52,288 bases of DNA, taken from contig JANNWY010000014.1 of the NCBI GenBank assembly GCA_031409335.1, forward strand, positions 1 through 52,288, given 5' to 3'. The notes under the pieces are model-generated. The model ran no database searches, was not told where the DNA came from, and was given only the letters and a program-made list of their open reading frames with translations. Position numbers and translations under genes: made by a program. The DNA comes from Chthoniobacteraceae bacterium (GTDB taxonomy: Bacteria > Verrucomicrobiota > Verrucomicrobiia > Chthoniobacterales > Chthoniobacteraceae). Shown piece by piece: positions 9,517 through 18,702 of the stretch (within the stretch, counting starts at the first letter, position 1; the number at the start of each line of letters is the position of its first letter).

Positions 9517-12500
9517 ATGCCAAAGCACTTAGCTATGAAGTTACTCACTACCCTTCTCCTATGCGCTCTCGTAGCGATGTCTGCTGCCATCGAGCCAGCG
9601 GCGCCCGGTTACACGCCCACCCTGCGGCTGGATGCGAAGGATGTGGGCGTCATCCTGCGTCATGGCGATGGGCCGAATCAGTGCGACATCAATGGGGCTC
9701 GCGAGCCGACGCTCATCGTGGAAGACGGTAAGTATTTCCTCTTTTACGACGGCGGCGGACCAAAGGGTTGGCTCGCTTGTTTGGCGACGAGCAGCGATTT
9801 GAAAACGTGGACGAAGCACGGCGCGGTGCTGGATTTCGGGAAGCCCGGCGAGCCGGATGCGGGTTCTGCGCTCAGTCCGTGGTTCATCAAAGAGGGCGAC
9901 ACTTGGCACATGTATTACGTCACGGCGGCGGGCACTACCGGGCCTCCGGGCTTTGTCGCGGCGGGGCCTTACAATTCAGGCCATGCCAGCAGTAAATCGC
10001 TCATGGGGCCGTGGGTCAAAACGAAGGGCTACATCCCGGTGAAGCCGAAGCCACCCGGTGCGGGCTACCCGCAGACGATGGCGTATCCCGGCCACATCGT
10101 GAAGAAACCGGATGGCGAATTCCTGATGTTCTTCGGCTCGCCCGGAGCCATCGGCATCGCCCGGACTCGCGACTTGCTCGGCGATTGGAAGCCGGACGCC
10201 GCGCCACTGTTCGACAAGCATTTCGACTTGGAAAACTCGTCGCTCTACTTCGAGCCGGAAAACAAGACGTGGTTTCTGTTCGTCAATCACATCAAGGCCA
10301 CGCCGCCGATGTTCACCGATGCCACTTGGGTGTTCTGGACGAAAGACCTTGAGCGCTGGTCGTCGGCAAATCGCGCCATCGCGCTCGACGGCGTGAATTG
10401 CACATGGAGCAAACGCTGCATCGGCATGGCGACGGTGACGAAAGTCGGCAACCGTCTCGCGATGGTCTATGACGCGGCGGGAGGCGAAAGCATCGACCAC
10501 CTTGGCCGCGACATCGGCCTCGCATGGTATGGCCTGCCGCTCGCGCCGCCGCCGACCGCCGACTTGCTCGTGCTCATGCACGACAGCGGGAAGGTGGAGC
10601 GGTATGATGCGGAGGGGAAACATCTGGGCACATTTATCAGCGGGCTGCCTGCTCCGAATGCGCTGATGGAAGGGCCGGATGGGCGGCTCTATGTTTCCAC
10701 GGGCGTGCCGGGGCAGAATGGGACGGTGGAGCGGTTCGATGCGAAGACGGGGCTGCGGCTCGGGACGTTCATCAATCTTCCGGCGGGACAGCCGGGGCAT
10801 CTGGCGCGGGCGACGGGGATGACTTGGCATGAGGGCGATTTGCTGGTGGCGAGTCAGGGCGATGGAATCGTGAAGCGGTTCGATGGGAAGACGGGCGCTT
10901 GGAAGGCGGATGTGGCGAAGGCTTCGCCCGGCGGCTTCACGCAAATCGCGATGCAGGGAGGGCGGTTGTTTCTCACGGATTTTATCACGCACATGATTCG
11001 TGTGTCCGACTTGAAAGGCACCGAGGCGATGGCTCCGGCGTGGACGCACAGCGACGGGGATGCGGCTTGGGGCTTGGTTTTCGATGCGGAGGGGCGGGCG
11101 TTTTGGAGCACGGGACGGCAGCGGATTCTGCGGTTCGATGGGAAGGAGAATGTCGAGTGGGCGCACGGACTGGCGACGCCGGTGTGGTTGTCGCGGGGGC
11201 CGGATGGATTGCTCTACGCGGTGAATCACACTGGTCCAAACGTGACGGTGTGGAAAGCGAACGAGCCGAATCCCGCCGGGCCGCTGCGGGTCATCGGCGG
11301 GCCGGAGATGAAGCTGCCCATTGCCGTGGCGTTCACCGCGCATCCGTTTGAGCCGCCGGTGCAGATTGGAAACTTCACGCCGAAACCGTCGAACACGGGC
11401 CGGGATTGGACGCCGGACGGCACGGCGATTTATAATCTGCGGGCGATGAAAGGCGTGGCGGCCATCTCGGATTTCGGACTCGATACCGAGGGCGGCGACC
11501 GCGCTAAATTGAATCTGCTGAAGGAGCCGATGCGGATGATTTTCACGATGAAAGACGGCTCGCGGCTGGAGTCATCGCACGTCGCGGCGACGAGCGAAAT
11601 CGGGGCCCAGCGGGTGAAGTATGCGTTCAGCCCGGCGGAGGGAATCAGCGCGGAATGGGTGCTGTGGCTCGATGGGCAAAACCTGCGGATGAGCTTTGCG
11701 GCGAGCGGCCCGAACTTCGCGAAAGCGGAACTGCTCATCCCTTTCGACCCACGGGCGATGGGCACGACGGTGCTAGCGGAGGAATGGGGCGCGGAAACTA
11801 TCGTGAAAGCACCGCTCATCATCAGTGCGCTCGACATGGGGCAGCTCCACCTCCGCAACGACGGCGCGGACCCACGGCTCGACTGCACTTTCATCGGTAG
11901 CCGGCACCGTAAACGGATAGACCTCCGCGTCGAAGTCCTGAGCGGCACCACGCTCGCACGCAGCCTCGTCTTTGCTCCCGCACGACTGGAGAAACCAAAC
12001 GCCAGCCTTACCGATGCGGAGTGGGCGAAGATTCGGCGCGGCTTGATTTCGCTGCTGCAAGTCACGCCCTACATGGTGCCGTTTGAAGACGGCTCCGGCT
12101 GGCTCGGCTCGCCCGGCGGCATCCTCGGCAATAACGTGATTTCCGACCCCGTGACGTGCAACATGGACCGCAATCTCCAGTGGCTCGCGGGCATTGGCGA
12201 CAAGGCCACGGTGATGGGTATCAACCTGAATCGCATCGCCAAACGCACCATCGAGTTTTGGCTAAACCACCGGATGAACGAGGACGGCTCGCTCGACTAC
12301 GTGCTGCAAAAAGGGAACATCTCCGCTGACTCGAACACGGGCGTGCTCAACTCCGCGACCGACTATTTTCTCACGACCGGCGACACCGCGTTCGTCCGCG
12401 ACAACAAGGCCGTGCTGCTCAAAGCCGTGAACTATTTCATCGCCCGCGACCTCGACGACGACGGCCTCATCGAGACCTTCCGCGATGGCAATGGGAACAA

Positions 12501-13347
12501 TCAGTTCGGCGACACGGGCTACGACACCATCAGCTCTGGCTGGAAAAACGCGTTGGTGAATGGGCAAGCCTACAAGTCGTTTCTCGGCGTGGCCAAGATG
12601 ATGGAAAGCATCGGCGACAATGCGCTGGCAAAGGACTTCCGCCAACGCGCTGTGCGGCTGCGGAAGGCTTACAACAAGACCTTCTACGATGCCGAGAAGG
12701 GCCGCTACATTTGGTGGATTGGCAAAGACGGGAAGCGTCACGATTACTCGAATCCCCTCATCCAAGCGAACGCCGTGCTCTACGGTATCGCCGCGTGTCT
12801 GGAGCAAGACACCGGCCTCAAACGAAGCGACAAAGACGTGATGCAGGCATTGTGGGATGCGCTCGATGCCGCCGAGTATCGCGACACGGCGAAAGGCAAG
12901 ATGGTGGACTACATGGATGCCAAAAGCGGCAACTACACCGGCCTGTATTGGGGCATCCCCGGCAACCTCGAAGACGTGCCCGATGCCTACAACTTTCAGG
13001 ACTTCGGCTTGCACGAATTTCCCTACTACTGCAATGGCTGCATCTTCCCATCGGACACCGTGACGGCGATTACCGCCTTTACCAAAGCAGGCATGAAGGA
13101 CCAAGCCGCGATCATCCAGCGGCAGATATTCAAGCGACAGCACGAAGGCATTTTCCCCAACGGCAGTGGCTTCTACATGGGGGTCGTGAACGGCTCAGAA
13201 CCCGCCTACTCCATCCTGAAATGGGACGGCACGCCCACCGACTACGAAGGCATTATCTCCCGCGACTGCTCCTTCCTCCAAACCGCCCTGCTGACCGACG
13301 ACCCGGCACGGGAGTTATTCCAACAAGCCGCTGCCCAAAGACCTTGA
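9517..13347 (+). CDS. Large secreted multidomain glycoside-hydrolase-like protein (five-bladed propeller + NHL/Vgb-like propeller + (alpha/alpha)6 barrel)
   Basis: Signal peptide (start 9517 or 9535). N-terminal REPTLI..YFLFYDG..LATSSDLKTWTK is GH32/43/130-like; middle has repeated GPDGRLYV / VERFDAKTG units; C-terminal RDLDDDGLIE, NALVNGQAY, YNKTFYD are six-hairpin glycosidase-like. Confidence 0.65.
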   Translation: MPKHLAMKLLTTLLLCALVAMSAAIEPAAPGYTPTLRLDAKDVGVILRHGDGPNQCDINGAREPTLIVEDGKYFLFYDGGGPKGWLACLATSSDLKTWTKHGAVLDFGKPGEPDAGSALSPWFIKEGDTWHMYYVTAAGTTGPPGFVAAGPYNSGHASSKSLMGPWVKTKGYIPVKPKPPGAGYPQTMAYPGHIVKKPDGEFLMFFGSPGAIGIARTRDLLGDWKPDAAPLFDKHFDLENSSLYFEPENKTWFLFVNHIKATPPMFTDATWVFWTKDLERWSSANRAIALDGVNCTWSKRCIGMATVTKVGNRLAMVYDAAGGESIDHLGRDIGLAWYGLPLAPPPTADLLVLMHDSGKVERYDAEGKHLGTFISGLPAPNALMEGPDGRLYVSTGVPGQNGTVERFDAKTGLRLGTFINLPAGQPGHLARATGMTWHEGDLLVASQGDGIVKRFDGKTGAWKADVAKASPGGFTQIAMQGGRLFLTDFITHMIRVSDLKGTEAMAPAWTHSDGDAAWGLVFDAEGRAFWSTGRQRILRFDGKENVEWAHGLATPVWLSRGPDGLLYAVNHTGPNVTVWKANEPNPAGPLRVIGGPEMKLPIAVAFTAHPFEPPVQIGNFTPKPSNTGRDWTPDGTAIYNLRAMKGVAAISDFGLDTEGGDRAKLNLLKEPMRMIFTMKDGSRLESSHVAATSEIGAQRVKYAFSPAEGISAEWVLWLDGQNLRMSFAASGPNFAKAELLIPFDPRAMGTTVLAEEWGAETIVKAPLIISALDMGQLHLRNDGADPRLDCTFIGSRHRKRIDLRVEVLSGTTLARSLVFAPARLEKPNASLTDAEWAKIRRGLISLLQVTPYMVPFEDGSGWLGSPGGILGNNVISDPVTCNMDRNLQWLAGIGDKATVMGINLNRIAKRTIEFWLNHRMNEDGSLDYVLQKGNISADSNTGVLNSATDYFLTTGDTAFVRDNKAVLLKAVNYFIARDLDDDGLIETFRDGNGNNQFGDTGYDTISSGWKNALVNGQAYKSFLGVAKMMESIGDNALAKDFRQRAVRLRKAYNKTFYDAEKGRYIWWIGKDGKRHDYSNPLIQANAVLYGIAACLEQDTGLKRSDKDVMQALWDALDAAEYRDTAKGKMVDYMDAKSGNYTGLYWGIPGNLEDVPDAYNFQDFGLHEFPYYCNGCIFPSDTVTAITAFTKAGMKDQAAIIQRQIFKRQHEGIFPNGSGFYMGVVNGSEPAYSILKWDGTPTDYEGIISRDCSFLQTALLTDDPARELFQQAAAQRP

Positions 13348-13379
13348 GCGCCCTCCCCAGCCATCCAAGTCGCCGACCC

Positions 13380-14954
13380 ATGAAACTCGTCCACTACTTC
13401 CTGCTTCACTCCATTCTTGGCGGCATCGTTTTCGCCAAGGACCCGGTCAACGTCGGCGGGCGGCGCGAGTTGTTTTTGGACAATGTCATGGTCGAGCGCA
13501 TGGTGAGCGGTGCCCAACGGGTGTTTCATCGGCCAGTGCCGCGGGAGGTAGTCATCAAGTTCGACCAGCCGTGGGAGGGCAACGCCTGTGCGTTTGTCAC
13601 CGTCTTCAAGGACGGCGACCGCTACCGGATGTATTACCGCGCCGGGAACGAATCCGGAAGTTCCGGAGGCGAAAAACGGGGGAATCACTCCTTTGACTGC
13701 TATGCGGAAAGTCCCGATGGAATCCACTGGACGAGGCCTTCACTCGGGCTGGTGGAATTTCAGGGGTCGAAAGACAACAACATCATTCCGAAACCCGCTG
13801 TGCCGGAAGGGTGGCTTCTTTCCGAACTCAGCCCCTTCCTCGACGAGAACCCTGAAGCTGCGGCTGACGCGCGTTACAAGGCAGTGGCTCCCCGGACCCA
13901 TCCTTTCGAAGGGGGCGATTGGGTGAATGCCGACAAGGAACTGACAATCTGGAAGTCGCCCGACGGCATCCATTGGACGATGATGCGGGAGGAGGGCATC
14001 CTGACGCACAAAGGCCCCTCTGCCGCGATGGATTCGCATAATGTCGCGTTCTGGGATGCGAACATCAAAGCGTATCGAGTCTATCACCGGTGGTCGGGGG
14101 CGGTGCTCAGCGATTGGACTCCTTCAGGCCGTAACATCAAGGTTGTGACTTCACCGAACTTCACTGACTGGCCAGCAGCCAGTCATGCCGATACGAGTAA
14201 CCTTTTGAGGTATGTGAATCCGCCCTCGGCAGAGTTCTACACCAACGGCATACGCAACTACCACCGCGCCCCGCACATCTACATCGGCCTTCCCATGATG
14301 TATGCAGACCGTCCCTGGTCGCCCGCCATGGAGCAGTTGCCGGACACCGAGAAACGTCGCAAAAACATCGCGACATGGAAGCGTCCCGGCCCGCTCAGTG
14401 AAGTGCAGTTGATGTGGAGCCGCGACGGCAGCACCTTCGAGCTGGCCCCATCCACGTTCCTGCCGCCGGGGCCTGAGCGGTCAGGCACCTACACCTACGC
14501 CGATATGGTTGCGTGGCATTTGGTCGAAACAGCATCAGACTTGGAGGGAGCCGCCCCGGAACTCACGCTTTACCGCAACGAATTTTATGAAATTGGCGAC
14601 GTGCAACTCCGCCGCTACACGCTGCGGCTCGATGGCTTCGCCTCGATCCACGCGCCGATTGCCGGTGGCGAGTTGCTCACCCCTCCGCTGATTTTCAAAG
14701 GCTCCCAGCTCTCCATGAATTTCGCCAGTTCCGCGTTCGGCTCGCTCAGGGTGGAAATTCAGGACGCCGAGGGCAAACTCGTTCCCGGCTTCACGCTCGC
14801 AGACAGCATCGAACTCTACGGCGACACCGTCGCCCGGACGGCGATGTGGAAAGACAACCCGGACTTGAGTGTCCATGCCGGCAAACCCGTGCGCCTCCGC
14901 TTCGTGATGCGGGACGCGGACCTGTATTCGATCAAATTTGAAGAACGAAAATGA
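13380..14954 (+). CDS. Secreted five-bladed beta-propeller glycoside-hydrolase-like protein (PVC family)
   Basis: Start ATG 13380 (MKLVHYFLL); RRELFLD, PWEG, YRMYYR, Asp-box-like SPDGIHW twice, LRRYTLRLDGFAS, PVRLRFVMRDADLYS. Confidence 0.75.
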   Translation: MKLVHYFLLHSILGGIVFAKDPVNVGGRRELFLDNVMVERMVSGAQRVFHRPVPREVVIKFDQPWEGNACAFVTVFKDGDRYRMYYRAGNESGSSGGEKRGNHSFDCYAESPDGIHWTRPSLGLVEFQGSKDNNIIPKPAVPEGWLLSELSPFLDENPEAAADARYKAVAPRTHPFEGGDWVNADKELTIWKSPDGIHWTMMREEGILTHKGPSAAMDSHNVAFWDANIKAYRVYHRWSGAVLSDWTPSGRNIKVVTSPNFTDWPAASHADTSNLLRYVNPPSAEFYTNGIRNYHRAPHIYIGLPMMYADRPWSPAMEQLPDTEKRRKNIATWKRPGPLSEVQLMWSRDGSTFELAPSTFLPPGPERSGTYTYADMVAWHLVETASDLEGAAPELTLYRNEFYEIGDVQLRRYTLRLDGFASIHAPIAGGELLTPPLIFKGSQLSMNFASSAFGSLRVEIQDAEGKLVPGFTLADSIELYGDTVARTAMWKDNPDLSVHAGKPVRLRFVMRDADLYSIKFEERK

Positions 14955-15056
14955 AACATAGCTTCTCATCCGTGGCGCAAGTCCTCAGCCCCTCTTTCGC
15001 CCTCCATTGCTATACGGTCCTCCACAGCCGCCACCACGCCTCCGCCGAATTCGCGT

Positions 15057-17000
15057 ATGTGGACTAGCCGCTTCGTCCTCATACTGGCCCTCGCGTGCGC
15101 GGGCTTCGCGTCCCAGTGCTCCGCGCTGGAGCCGCGTCCCGTTTATCGACTCGATGTCTCGGGCTTGAATCAACTCGACCTGACGAATCCGACGGCGGCG
15201 CGGAAGGCGTGGGACACGCTTCATGCGGCGGCTTCGGTGCAGGGGATCGTGAATCGCGAGGGGGCGGTTCTTTTCCTCCGGCACATGCCGGAGACGGATG
15301 ATTTCTGGTGGGACTGGCTGCGGGCGGAGGGCCACTGGCTGCACGGGCGGCCGGTGATTGAGCTGCGGGATTTGGCGGACGCGGTGAAGACGTTTGCGCC
15401 GAAGCTGAAAGGCGTCGTGCTGTATGATTCGCAGGTCGCGGCGACGGCGTTGCTGGCCAGCACGATTGCCGGAGTCGAGAATCGGATGGCCCTTCGTCAC
15501 GACCCGGCGGCGGATGCTGTTTCCACGCAGTTAGCAAAGCTGCCGGAGTTTCCAAAGGACGTGGTGCGGCTCTTTCAGCCGGATGGCACTCCGTTGTTCA
15601 CGGGGAAGGGAAAGATTCCCGACACGACTCTGGACTCCACCGGCAGTGCGAAGAACGACGCCTATCTTTGGGCAAAGGCGCGGTATCTGGATGCGGGCAA
15701 GTGCAGCCGCGAATTCCTCGCCTACTACATGGACAGCCACTGGCTCACCAATCCCGCGCCTCCGAGCCAGGGGCCGAATCAGGGACTCTCCAACACCACG
15801 CTGGCGAACCATGATTTCTTCATTAGTCAGCGCGCGTTTTTCTTCGACCTCGGGGTGTGGCCGGAGGAGGCGCCGGTGGATGATCCCGGCCAAAGGCCCG
15901 GCACGGATGCGGTCACCCTCCGAGGCATCCTGCGCAGCATGTCGGAGCGGAGCCGGGGCGATATTTTCACCGTCGGTGGCATGGTGCCGTGGCTGTGGAA
16001 ATACAGCGGACCTTTGCCGGGCTGGGCGGGTTCCGGCGGCGGGCATCATCCGGTGCATAGCGAGTGGGAATTCGCGCGGCTCATCTCCGCCTACAATGGA
16101 ATGATGGACGCCGACGCGATGGGCGGCATGGCGAATGCCAGCTTCTACCAACACTATCCACTCAAAGAGCGCTACCCGCAGCAGAGGAAGCCGACGGAGG
16201 AGGACTTGAAGCAACGGGGACTTATCCAAGCCGATGGCACGGTGCGACCCGATGCCTACGTGGCGCTTTACATGGGCGACTACGATGCCGCCTCGTGGTT
16301 CCAGCAATACATCCCGAAATGGTGGGCCGACCCACAGCACGGGAAAGTCACTTGCAACTGGGCCTTCAATCCCATCCTCGACCGCCGCGCGCCACACGCT
16401 GTGGACTACGTGCGCACGCAAGCCGCCGCGACGGATTGGTTCATCAGCGGCGACAGTGGGATGGGTTATCTCAATCCCGGAATGCTCACCGCGCCGCGGC
16501 TCGACCCAGCCATCGGCGATGGGTGGGATGCGTGGACCAAGCGCAACGAAGCCTATTTACGGCGCTACGATTTGAGCATCGCGGGCTTCATCATCGAAGG
16601 CTTCGGCCCCTTCATGGGAAAGCGCGGATTGGATGCCTATGCGCGGTTCGCTCCCGATGGCATGATGCTGCAAACGTCGGAGCCATCGTTATCGCTGGTC
16701 GCGCTGCATGGCGCGCTCCCCATCATCGGCCATCGCATGGACCTCGACGGCGCGCCCGCGCAGGCCGGTGCAGCTTTGATGGCCCGCGTCACGGAGGAAA
16801 AGACAAGGTTCACCGGAGGGCCGCAGTTCCTCATGGCGCGAACCGTCTTGAAAAGCCCGACGTGGCACGCGGAAACCATCGCCGGGCTCCAAACCGCACC
16901 CGGCGGCGAGCGCGTTACTTTCCTCGATGCCTACAGCTTTTTCCTCCTGCTGAAGATGCACTTGACCCACGAAAAGCGATCGGAACCTGTAACGAAATGA
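15057..17000 (+). CDS. GxGYxYP domain putative glycoside hydrolase
   Basis: Signal peptide; VQGIVNR, YMGDYD, SGDSGMGYLNP (GxGYxYP motif). Confidence 0.8.
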   Translation: MWTSRFVLILALACAGFASQCSALEPRPVYRLDVSGLNQLDLTNPTAARKAWDTLHAAASVQGIVNREGAVLFLRHMPETDDFWWDWLRAEGHWLHGRPVIELRDLADAVKTFAPKLKGVVLYDSQVAATALLASTIAGVENRMALRHDPAADAVSTQLAKLPEFPKDVVRLFQPDGTPLFTGKGKIPDTTLDSTGSAKNDAYLWAKARYLDAGKCSREFLAYYMDSHWLTNPAPPSQGPNQGLSNTTLANHDFFISQRAFFFDLGVWPEEAPVDDPGQRPGTDAVTLRGILRSMSERSRGDIFTVGGMVPWLWKYSGPLPGWAGSGGGHHPVHSEWEFARLISAYNGMMDADAMGGMANASFYQHYPLKERYPQQRKPTEEDLKQRGLIQADGTVRPDAYVALYMGDYDAASWFQQYIPKWWADPQHGKVTCNWAFNPILDRRAPHAVDYVRTQAAATDWFISGDSGMGYLNPGMLTAPRLDPAIGDGWDAWTKRNEAYLRRYDLSIAGFIIEGFGPFMGKRGLDAYARFAPDGMMLQTSEPSLSLVALHGALPIIGHRMDLDGAPAQAGAALMARVTEEKTRFTGGPQFLMARTVLKSPTWHAETIAGLQTAPGGERVTFLDAYSFFLLLKMHLTHEKRSEPVTK

Positions 17001-17051
17001 GCACCTCCCAGCCCGTTCAGCAGCCGCTAATTCATCCACTACCGCTGACCT

Positions 17052-18668
17052 ATGAAACACACCACCTGCCCCGGCTCCATCGCACCAGCGTTCACACGAC
17101 GCGGCTTTCACCAGCAAGCCTTCACCGGGTTGGGCATGCTCGCGCTGTGCGTGCTGCTTTTCTGTCACCCCACCTGTGCGGCGCAAGGGTCGGGTATTAA
17201 CAATGCCGCTTTGATTCCCAAAGTAGTGCCGGACAACGAAGTGAAAATGGAGGGAATGTCGCCGGATTGGGTGAAGACGCTCATCATGGCGCAACTCCGC
17301 ATTGAAACAGCCACCCCGGAAGGAACGTTCGCGGCTGCGACGGGGGTTCTTGACCACTTTGCGGAACTGGGAGTGAACGGGTTGTGGATCAATCCCATCT
17401 ATGAGCGGGGCTCGAAGGGCAATGGCTATGGTAACTTTGGTCCGCATACCATCGAACCGCTGCTAACGGGCACCAGCGACCTTCCCGGTTCGTTTCAGGT
17501 CGTGAAGCATTTCGTGGATGAGGCTCACCGGAGAAATATCCGCGTCATCTTTGACATCGTCGTCTGGGGCACCACCGCGAATTCACCTCTGGTGGCTGCG
17601 CATCCGGAAATCTACTTAAAGGCGAATGGACAGTTCGCCGGGGCTTGGGGCGGATATGCGTTCGACTGGAACAGCAAGGACTTGAAGACGTGGTTCACGA
17701 AGGCGGCGGTCGAGTTGATCGAGAAGACGGGTGCCGACGGTTTCCGGGTGGATTTGGCGCCGGATATTTCCGGCCACTACTTCAAGGAAATCCGGGAGGC
17801 ACTCCATGCGATGGGTCGGAAAATCATCGTGGTTTCCGAGATGAACAGCCAACGAAGCGGCACGTTCGATTTCGAACAAGTGAGCGTTCACGGCTGGACG
17901 GAAGAAGGCGACCTCGTCACGCCGGGGAAGTGGGCCGAGCAGCAGCGGCGGTTTGGCAAACACAACGACTACTTGTTTCGCAGCAACCTCGTGGAGACGA
18001 TTCAAACCGGTGCTGGCATCGGAAAGGCATCTCCTCAGCAGGAAGGCCGCGGAGGCATGGACCGCTTCTACACTTCCAACCTTCTGCACCATGACGACAC
18101 GGTGCCTTTTGTAACAGGCAATCGCGTGCGCATGGCCTATTCCTCGATTCTCGCCCCGTTCATTCCGATGTGGTGGATCGGTGAGGAATGGGACAATCCC
18201 AAGGTGCCGCTGCCAGGCTCGGATGGAGCGATGTATTTCAACACCATCGACTGGTCACTTTTGGAACGACCGGCGAACCGCGCCTTTTTTGAGGACACCA
18301 AGCAAACCATCCGCATCCGACGCACCTACCCAGAAATCTTTGAGCATTTCCCGGAGAATGCTCGCGAGGCGAACATCGCCAAGCTCGACACGCGCAACAA
18401 CGGTGTCCCAAACAAACTCCAAGCTTACGCACGGTTCGGCGGCGGCAAGGCCGTGCTGGTGGTTCCAAACTATGGAGCTGTGGAGCGGACTCAGTTCATA
18501 GTCACTCCTGACTTTGCCGCCCTTCATTTGGGTTCGGCGGCGGCGTATCAGGCGACCGACTTGATGAGTGGCAAAGTCATCGCCTCGGAAAACGCAGCGG
18601 ACTTGAAGAGCTTTCCCGTAGAGATCGAAGGCGAGCATCTCGGCATCTATCTCGTTGAAATGAAATGA
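17052..18668 (+). CDS. Alpha-amylase family (GH13) glycoside hydrolase
   Basis: LGVNGLWINPI; nucleophile region ADGFRVDLA; acid/base VVSE; region IV LLHHDD; IPMWWIGEE. N-terminus has TRRGF plus a hydrophobic stretch. Confidence 0.8.
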   Translation: MKHTTCPGSIAPAFTRRGFHQQAFTGLGMLALCVLLFCHPTCAAQGSGINNAALIPKVVPDNEVKMEGMSPDWVKTLIMAQLRIETATPEGTFAAATGVLDHFAELGVNGLWINPIYERGSKGNGYGNFGPHTIEPLLTGTSDLPGSFQVVKHFVDEAHRRNIRVIFDIVVWGTTANSPLVAAHPEIYLKANGQFAGAWGGYAFDWNSKDLKTWFTKAAVELIEKTGADGFRVDLAPDISGHYFKEIREALHAMGRKIIVVSEMNSQRSGTFDFEQVSVHGWTEEGDLVTPGKWAEQQRRFGKHNDYLFRSNLVETIQTGAGIGKASPQQEGRGGMDRFYTSNLLHHDDTVPFVTGNRVRMAYSSILAPFIPMWWIGEEWDNPKVPLPGSDGAMYFNTIDWSLLERPANRAFFEDTKQTIRIRRTYPEIFEHFPENAREANIAKLDTRNNGVPNKLQAYARFGGGKAVLVVPNYGAVERTQFIVTPDFAALHLGSAAAYQATDLMSGKVIASENAADLKSFPVEIEGEHLGIYLVEMK

Positions 18669-18702
18669 CCCGGAATCAATCCAACCAAACAGTCGCCAAC
18701 GC

